IMG/VR virus record: IMGVR_UViG_3300028920_000044
Span: 1 to 64,000 of that record
Reading direction: 5' to 3' (one strand)
DNA: 64,000 nucleotides
DNA from: a virus
The notes under the pieces were generated by a model. That model ran no database searches. It was not told the origin of the DNA and was given only the letters and a program-made list of their open reading frames with translations. Shown one piece after another: positions 57,600-64,000 of this stretch; position 1 is the stretch's first letter; each line of letters starts with the position of its first letter. A program made the position numbers and the translations under genes.

Positions 57600-57851
57600 T
57601 TAGTATGCTCCCTGCGATCTTTCAACAGCAGTTGGGTTCTTTCTTCTTCTAAGGTCCCGGATTTGCATAATCTCTGCAGCTTTCTGTTTCTGTTCTGCAG
57701 CTTTCTGCGCTGCCAACATAACACCAGGTGGACCCATTCCTACTCTATACTGTCCTGTAGGATAACCCTTTCCTCCAATCTGTTTCGCTGTTCCCGTCAT
57801 AAACGGTTCATAATGGCTCTGTCTTTCAAATAAATGTGATATAGCAATCAT
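57600..57851 (-). CDS. small protein with MIAISHLFE leader
   Basis: ATGA overlap; shared leader. Confidence 0.6.
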   Translation of the reverse strand: MIAISHLFERQSHYEPFMTGTAKQIGGKGYPTGQYRVGMGPPGVMLAAQKAAEQKQKAAEIMQIRDLRRRKNPTAVERSQGAY

Positions 57852-58372
57852 AGTTTGTATGCCTCATCTTCTTTTTCCATATCTCTCTGAACGTCTTCTG
57901 ACAAGGGAATCTTACCTTGATGTTGACTTCTTTCATGGGCTATAAGATCCATGACTTGTTTCATTACTCCTACGAAATCCCCGTCATCTATTTTTTCGAC
58001 TTTTTCATCAATCCTTCTTATATCAACCGAAACTAAATGATGCATCTTATAAATATTATCAGATATGTCTTTTAAATATTTAACTTTAACATCCTCATAC
58101 TCCCGATTTACGCTATATAATCTAGCAATAAGTTCAATATTTTTAGCAATCGCCCCACGAACAATTCTTTGTTTCTCATTATCTTGTTTAACAGTATTTA
58201 AATATTGTTGCAAGAATTGTATATTACTATCAATATCTGCAATATGTCTCTGAATCTCTTGTTGCTTTAATTCTACACCTGTAATATGTTTTTCTAATTT
58301 TCTTTTTTGATCCGTAAAATCTGTTTCTATGAAATCATAACTGTCGAGTTCCTCGCCTTGTTGATCAGTCAT
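57848..58372 (-). CDS. coiled-coil hypothetical protein
   Basis: Heptad-rich sequence; coupled to upstream gene. Confidence 0.7.
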   Translation of the reverse strand: MTDQQGEELDSYDFIETDFTDQKRKLEKHITGVELKQQEIQRHIADIDSNIQFLQQYLNTVKQDNEKQRIVRGAIAKNIELIARLYSVNREYEDVKVKYLKDISDNIYKMHHLVSVDIRRIDEKVEKIDDGDFVGVMKQVMDLIAHERSQHQGKIPLSEDVQRDMEKEDEAYKL

Positions 58373-59652
58373 CAGTTATTATTCGCTCCTTCTGTTAAAC
58401 ATATTTCGATGAATTTTTTCATCTGTTGTATAAATGTTATTTGATCTATTTTAACATTTGATAGAGTAAACAGATTAATATATTCCCCTGATAAAATTGT
58501 CTTCGTAAAGTTCTCCGCCACTTTCTCTAATATCCCGTATATATAATAATCGTTAAACATATTCTTAAATGGCTGTACTAATTCTTCCATTACTGCTGTC
58601 TTAACCATCTTAGGTTTAATTAACATTTCGTTATACGGTTTCGAGTTTGGATTAATAATGTGAACACATTTAAGAAGTCTGTATATCGTCGGCAATTTCT
58701 TGATCTTTTCTAGCGTTCCATTTTCTTCTATGTCATCATCATAAAACTTCATTAACTTGTATTCACTATTATTCAATACGAAACTATCTCTATAACTACT
58801 AAAATATACGTCTTGAAATTGATTATCTATTATGACATTTTTAAATACTTTATAGTTATAACTTAATTGAGTCATAGTAGGTGATTTTTGATAAAATTTC
58901 TTTGTTTGAAGATCATATAATACATCACGATATATTCCAAGTCTTATTGGTATGCTTACCATATTATCTAAAGTTTGTTCAATCTCCCAGACAGAATCAT
59001 ATACCGTGTTGATCCTTTTCTCTTTCTTAAAATAGTAATTAAACACATATCTAAAACTACTCTTATAAAAAACTGTTATGTTATCTACATCGAGAGGGTT
59101 AAACTTCTTTAAACCATTACCTAAAAACTCATACAATACATCGGTCTTGATGACATCTTGATCTAAATAAAATGTGTTAATATGAGAATGTACAACACCG
59201 TAAGACTTTCTGCAGATTTCGCTATAAACACTTTTAATCGTATTTTGAAGAAATTTATGAGCACTTGAGAGAATTCTTATTAGAATATAAATAATATTAG
59301 GATATAATACTTTAGCACGATATTCAGGATATGAGAAATTTAGAAACTCATTGTTATATCGGTATAAACAATTAACAGTTTGATGTATTACAAACAAATC
59401 CTGAACAATTTTAGATCTACTAGCTAATATTTGGAAGTGTGTAGCCTTTAATTTCTCAACATACTTTTTTAAAGTTCTAGATTTCAAGCAGTTAATTGGC
59501 ATACCAGGTTCCATCGTTTTTAGTTTCTCTAATTCATTATGCAAACATGTGTATAATGTTTTGTAAGATATCTCTAGTGTAATATCATTAGAATAATTCG
59601 CTGGGTGCTCTTCGAAATCGGTAGATATTTGAGGTTGGGGCTCTGCTCCCAC
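58372..59652 (-). CDS. hypothetical protein, possible sigma-like promoter-specificity factor
   Basis: AAGGAG RBS before GTG; GLKKFNP....IT.FY...FR resembles sigma region 2. Confidence 0.4.
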   Translation of the reverse strand: MGAEPQPQISTDFEEHPANYSNDITLEISYKTLYTCLHNELEKLKTMEPGMPINCLKSRTLKKYVEKLKATHFQILASRSKIVQDLFVIHQTVNCLYRYNNEFLNFSYPEYRAKVLYPNIIYILIRILSSAHKFLQNTIKSVYSEICRKSYGVVHSHINTFYLDQDVIKTDVLYEFLGNGLKKFNPLDVDNITVFYKSSFRYVFNYYFKKEKRINTVYDSVWEIEQTLDNMVSIPIRLGIYRDVLYDLQTKKFYQKSPTMTQLSYNYKVFKNVIIDNQFQDVYFSSYRDSFVLNNSEYKLMKFYDDDIEENGTLEKIKKLPTIYRLLKCVHIINPNSKPYNEMLIKPKMVKTAVMEELVQPFKNMFNDYYIYGILEKVAENFTKTILSGEYINLFTLSNVKIDQITFIQQMKKFIEICLTEGANNN

Positions 59653-59701
59653 AGTTTTCTCCTTAAATTAGAAAATTTTATAATTAACAGTTAAGTATAA
59701 A

Positions 59702-59723
59702 ATTTCTATATACAGTGTGAAAT
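59702..59723 (-). promoter_or_regulatory. phage promoter/operator motif
   Basis: Minus strand ATTTC-ACACTG-TATATAGAAAT. Confidence 0.75.
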
Positions 59724-59769
59724 TTTTATAAAACAATTCTAGATCGGAAGTCTCACACAAACTTACTTA

Positions 59770-59910
59770 TTAGACAGTGGGAACCAAATATCTTACATTC
59801 TTTGCTGCTATTTTATCTAAAGGTTCTAACATTTTAGCTAACCCTTTCACAGCAAATTCGCGAAAGTTCTCTTCAATTAATTCAGCATCGTATAATGATG
59901 TTGATAACAT
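59770..59910 (-). CDS. 46-aa protein (not in ORF track)
   Basis: GAGG RBS; MLSTSLYDAELIEENFREFAVKGLAKMLEPLDKIAAKNVRYLVPTV followed by two stops. Confidence 0.55.
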   Translation of the reverse strand: MLSTSLYDAELIEENFREFAVKGLAKMLEPLDKIAAKNVRYLVPTV

Positions 59911-59912
59911 GA

Positions 59913-60536
59913 TTACCTCTTTATAAACTTAGTTAAATAATCCAAGTTAAATCTTTTCCCTATATTAAGTGGGAAAGTTCGTTGAAATAGTCCCTGAGGT
60001 AATTTGAAGTAGCGTATGATTGGAACAATACACATACGACCAATCGTCTCATATGTTTTCTTAGTGTAGATATCTAAATTCGTATCACCAATAATACAAA
60101 TATGAATTGCTTCACTAGGATCAAATATTCTTTCTCTTAAAAATAACTTTGTTATATCATCCCATCCTGTGTCATCAAGCTTATTTACCTGACGTCTTGT
60201 CAACGGGTATTTAATATCAATAGGTCTAGTATTAAATATATAATAACGATTACCAATAAACTCACAAATGTAATGCCATGGTAAAAAGATAGTTGAGAAT
60301 TTACCATAATTTTCTCTTACTCTTTTATACACTTCAATAAGATCCATTTTTGATGTGTCAACTCTAGGTCTAGGTCTTATAGGAAGAAATGGATTATTAT
60401 ATGTGTCTTGTATTAAAAATCCCTGAGGTTTTGTTGTGAACTTATTCGCTACACTTGCGACATCTTTAGATATGTCTAATCTCTCAGGGACTGCTTCATG
60501 TAAAATCTTATACGTTTTATCAGAATCTACAAGCAT
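59913..60536 (-). CDS. N-acetylmuramoyl-L-alanine amidase-like (Amidase_2 fold), probably degenerate; start re-called at 60536
   Basis: PWHYI and AIHICIIGD motifs; AAGGA RBS; a hairpin lies upstream of this start. Confidence 0.55.
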   Translation of the reverse strand: MLVDSDKTYKILHEAVPERLDISKDVASVANKFTTKPQGFLIQDTYNNPFLPIRPRPRVDTSKMDLIEVYKRVRENYGKFSTIFLPWHYICEFIGNRYYIFNTRPIDIKYPLTRRQVNKLDDTGWDDITKLFLRERIFDPSEAIHICIIGDTNLDIYTKKTYETIGRMCIVPIIRYFKLPQGLFQRTFPLNIGKRFNLDYLTKFIKR

Positions 60537-60553
60537 AGTCGTTCCTTTATTTG

Positions 60554-60579
60554 ATTGGGGAGAGTCACCCCTCCCCAAT
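60554..60579 (-). terminator. hairpin after tail fibre gene
   Basis: ATTGGGGAG/CTCCCCAAT. Confidence 0.6.
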
Positions 60580-60583
60580 GGTA

Positions 60584-63500
60584 TTATCCTCCAGCACCAA
60601 GATCTACAAAAGTTCCAACACCATCTACCCAATCAACACCATCATACCATACAGGGATAGATATACCTGCTCTACTTGCTAGACTTCCAATAAACCACAT
60701 TTCACCAGTAACAGGTGAAGGAGGAAGCGAATCTGCGGTAGCTGCATAATTCCAACTCACACCACCAGAAGGTCTAGCAGCTAACTCATCCAACGCACTT
60801 AATACTTCTATTGGAGAACCAGTCCAATCCCCAGACGTTGTTGGTATATAATTAATCTTAGACGCTTCTGCTACTGTTTGATTCACAACTGTTCCCGTCG
60901 AAGATGGATCAACTAATACCCCAGTACCTAGTGAGAATGGAACTGTAACTATAAGCGATCCACCATTCATTACAATAGCATCATTCGTGCTCGCATTAAT
61001 TACTGGATGAACAGCAGTGCCTCCAGAAGTACCATTAAAGTCTATTTGACCAGTAAAGAAAGCCAAGAAACTATCTAATACTGCAGCATTGTTTAACTGT
61101 AATGATATCGCGTTGTTTTGAGAATTATTTTGAGTTTTCCACTGACTTAACGTACCATGATCAACAGTAGCCGACATTCCTGCTCCAGTGTTGTTGAAAT
61201 TTGTATCTTCTGCAATAACAATAGATCCTGCTCCAGTGTTGTTCATGTGCAAAGCAGGTTGCAATCCGGCAGAATTAACTTCACAGTTAATCAAATTAAA
61301 TCTTTGTGGATTTGTACCATAGAACTTAACAGTTGCATCAACAGATCCGCTACCAGAAATATCAATTCCACAAAATGATGCTACATTACCATCTGCTCCA
61401 CCTGATGTATTACTTGTGCTATAACCTACATCACCATTAATAGTACAAATAGAATTCTTTTCAGGTGAATCACAAACGAAATGCATTCCTGCTTCAATTA
61501 CTATATCCTCAGTATATGATCCTGGAGCAACAGATATTAATGTTTCTCCAGATACTGCTCCGATTGCAGCAGTGAGGGTTTTAAACGGTCTACCAAGCGA
61601 ACCATCAGCAGTATATGAATCTACTCTATTCCCATCTACTTTCAATGTAGTTGTTATTGGATGATCGATTACACTAGAAGGATGAGTAGTAGGATGCACA
61701 TACGCAATCGCGTTATCTTCTATACCATTCAATTTAGTGAGAAGAGTATCTGTTAACGCATTAGTCTCCGATTCAGATTCATATGCAATTTTAATTTCTG
61801 CACCAGTCATATCCGCGGTTGCACCATCTTCAATGCCTGATAATTTCGTTAAATTAGCATTAGTAAAAACATTCGTATCTGGATTTAATTCATATGCAGC
61901 TTTAATTTCGACAGAAGACATATCACCAGAAGCACCAGTCTCAACACCATCTAACTTTAATTTATCAGCAGCGGACATAAACCCACCAGTAACTGTTGTT
62001 GCGGCAGAATGCAGATTACCTCCACCTCTTGTTCCGTGTTGAGAATCACTGAAAGGCATTACTGCCCAATTAACACTTAATTCAGAACTACCATTAATCG
62101 ATAAGCCTGTTCCTACTTTAGATACACCAGGAGTTGCTGCACTTGCAATAGGTATAGATATTTCGCCAGTTCCATCATCTACATTAACATTAGCTCCTGC
62201 GATTACTACACCCAAAGCAGAACCTTGTGCATGAGGTACAGATACTATACCACTCGCAACATTAAGATTATCACCAACCTGTAAAACACCCCTTCTAGTA
62301 TCTGACCCTCTATATACATCTATTTCGGATATTTCAGGATCAACATCGATATTACCACCTGATTTAACAGATAGAACACCTTTATTACCATATCCACCTG
62401 TTTCTACAGCAATCTCATCTCCATCCATATAAGTGTTTCTTCCTGCTTTTACACCACCGAGAGTAACAGCAGTTGCCACTGGAAGAACGTAATTGTTAGA
62501 GTTGATTGCGATCGTATTTAATTTAGCTTTATCAGATACTGATATAAAACCTGCTTCAGATCCACTTACAAGATTATGTAAATTCCCACCACCTCTATCA
62601 CCATGTGCAATATCATCAAATGCATAATTAAGACTTAGGATTCCACCACCATCTACATCTAACCCTGTTCCAACTTTTACACCACCTAGAACAGAATCTG
62701 TAGCAATAGGTAATGAATAAGCATTCGCTCCAGATTCAACACCACCTAATTTAGTCTTCTCTGCATCACTAAACTCATTAGTATTCGCATTCGCTTCATA
62801 TGCAGTTTTAACTTGAAGATCTGTCATAGGTGACCAATCAACATCGGCAATCTTAGACCATTGAGATCCATTGTAAGCATACTGTGCCGATTTTCCATCT
62901 CCATCATCTTGGACTAATACACATTGTCCCGCCTGAGGTCCTGCAATAGCATCCCGAGCAGCTATATTAGCAACAGGGCTTAACCAATCCGCAGATCCAA
63001 AAGAAGGAACATTCTGAATATGAGTCCAATCAATTCTATCAGACGCCCCTCCAGTTGCTATCAATTCTGTTTTCGACCAATAATCTGCCGTTGCTGCTTT
63101 ACTATTCCAAGATGATTTTTCAGCATCACTTACAAATCTATGATCTAAATCTTGAACAATCATTACTGATGTATGAGTAGTTGGATGAACATACGCATTA
63201 GCATTTGTTTCGACTGTTCCCAACTTTGCTTTCTCGGCATCATTAAATTCATTCGTATCAGCATTATTCTCATACGCAGTCTTGATTTCTACATCAGTCA
63301 TATCATCTGTTGCACCATCTTCGAGACCACCTAACTTAACTTTCTCTAAATCAGTAAATACGTTCGTGTTGATATTTGATTCATATGAAGTTTTAATATC
63401 AACAGGAGTCATATCTCCAGCCGTTGCACCATCTTCAACACCATCAAGTTTAGTCCTATCAGCGTCAGTAAATGCGTTAGTATCCACATTAATTTCATAT

Positions 63501-64000
63501 GCGAGTTTTACTTCAGATGGCTCCATATCTGCTGATGCATTATCTTCAATAGCATTTAATTTATTTCTATAGTACTCGGTAAAATCATTCGTTGATTGAA
63601 GAGTAGCACTCAATAGTTGGGTAGTTGGATTCATATTTAAACGATCCCCAACTTTTATTCCTCCAATCTCAGTTGGTGAAGCAACAGGCAATGCAACGGA
63701 AGGTCCTTCATTTGTTAATTGTATAAAGACTGATCCATCGTTTGAGTATTCCCATACATTAAGCGCTTCATTATATCTGAATACTGCATTATTTTCTATT
63801 CCTCTTTCAACTTCAATCCCCACATGGGAGGAAGGAGTACCAACATAATCTTTATTTAAAACAAAGACATCATTTATTGTTCCATTTATATCTGCTTTAC
63901 TATCTAATAAATTATCTAATGCACCTTCACTAGCTCTACCATCTAATTCTTCTCTAAGCCCTTCAATGGCTTCAATAGGATGGGAGTCAGGATGATTTCT
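60584..64000 (-). CDS. tail fibre/tailspike (5' end beyond window) with shaft repeats and a C-terminal beta-helix
   Basis: Frame open to the window edge (RNHPDSHPIEAIEGL...); KL.G.E.GA..DM...EIK.AYE.N..TN.F repeats; LP.A....LGGVKVG repeats; DGS..RPFKT...AI beta-helix cap. Confidence 0.88.
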   Translation of the reverse strand, partial: RNHPDSHPIEAIEGLREELDGRASEGALDNLLDSKADINGTINDVFVLNKDYVGTPSSHVGIEVERGIENNAVFRYNEALNVWEYSNDGSVFIQLTNEGPSVALPVASPTEIGGIKVGDRLNMNPTTQLLSATLQSTNDFTEYYRNKLNAIEDNASADMEPSEVKLAYEINVDTNAFTDADRTKLDGVEDGATAGDMTPVDIKTSYESNINTNVFTDLEKVKLGGLEDGATDDMTDVEIKTAYENNADTNEFNDAEKAKLGTVETNANAYVHPTTHTSVMIVQDLDHRFVSDAEKSSWNSKAATADYWSKTELIATGGASDRIDWTHIQNVPSFGSADWLSPVANIAARDAIAGPQAGQCVLVQDDGDGKSAQYAYNGSQWSKIADVDWSPMTDLQVKTAYEANANTNEFSDAEKTKLGGVESGANAYSLPIATDSVLGGVKVGTGLDVDGGGILSLNYAFDDIAHGDRGGGNLHNLVSGSEAGFISVSDKAKLNTIAINSNNYVLPVATAVTLGGVKAGRNTYMDGDEIAVETGGYGNKGVLSVKSGGNIDVDPEISEIDVYRGSDTRRGVLQVGDNLNVASGIVSVPHAQGSALGVVIAGANVNVDDGTGEISIPIASAATPGVSKVGTGLSINGSSELSVNWAVMPFSDSQHGTRGGGNLHSAATTVTGGFMSAADKLKLDGVETGASGDMSSVEIKAAYELNPDTNVFTNANLTKLSGIEDGATADMTGAEIKIAYESESETNALTDTLLTKLNGIEDNAIAYVHPTTHPSSVIDHPITTTLKVDGNRVDSYTADGSLGRPFKTLTAAIGAVSGETLISVAPGSYTEDIVIEAGMHFVCDSPEKNSICTINGDVGYSTSNTSGGADGNVASFCGIDISGSGSVDATVKFYGTNPQRFNLINCEVNSAGLQPALHMNNTGAGSIVIAEDTNFNNTGAGMSATVDHGTLSQWKTQNNSQNNAISLQLNNAAVLDSFLAFFTGQIDFNGTSGGTAVHPVINASTNDAIVMNGGSLIVTVPFSLGTGVLVDPSSTGTVVNQTVAEASKINYIPTTSGDWTGSPIEVLSALDELAARPSGGVSWNYAATADSLPPSPVTGEMWFIGSLASRAGISIPVWYDGVDWVDGVGTFVDLGAGG

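Noticed and set aside
60537-60632. N-terminal extension of ORF 59913..60632
   Set aside because: Overlaps the fibre gene end and its hairpin; RBS supports 60536.
1-64000. Stop-codon reassignment or archaeal host
   Set aside because: Genes are long and intact in the standard code with TAA, TAG and TGA all used as stops; the SSB type, M23 peptidase and amidase fold point to a bacterial host despite the TATA-like motif.

Overview
64-kb segment of an AT-rich jumbo myophage genome with a bacterial host (AGGAG-type RBSs, bacterial-type SSB, standard genetic code; no rRNA, tRNA or CRISPR array seen). Positions 1-12 kb (+ strand) are a non-structural block: a family-B DNA polymerase lacking motif C (apparently split), SSB, GTP cyclohydrolase FolE2, a YhhQ/VUT preQ0/preQ1 transporter and many orphans. 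Positions 12-64 kb (almost all - strand) are a T4-like morphogenesis block: tube, sheath, baseplate, major capsid, prohead protease, portal, tape measure with M23 peptidase, TerL and a tail fibre. A DnaB-like helicase, a Cas4-like nuclease, RecA/UvsX and a possible sigma-like factor are interleaved in it. Main observations: (1) a shared N-terminal MI[PSA][LI]xx[LI]...E leader on five late-block proteins, including a protein-L-isoaspartate methyltransferase and a HAD nucleotidase, suggests capsid-packaged enzymes; (2) a 22-bp semi-palindromic motif ATTTC-N6-TATAWAGAAAT precedes non-structural transcription units; (3) several large structured intergenic RNA candidates; (4) a candidate UUU_CGC +1 frameshift in the gp26-like gene; (5) a catalytically degenerate prohead-protease paralog. 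All calls come from motif recognition by eye; no database searches or folding programs were run.
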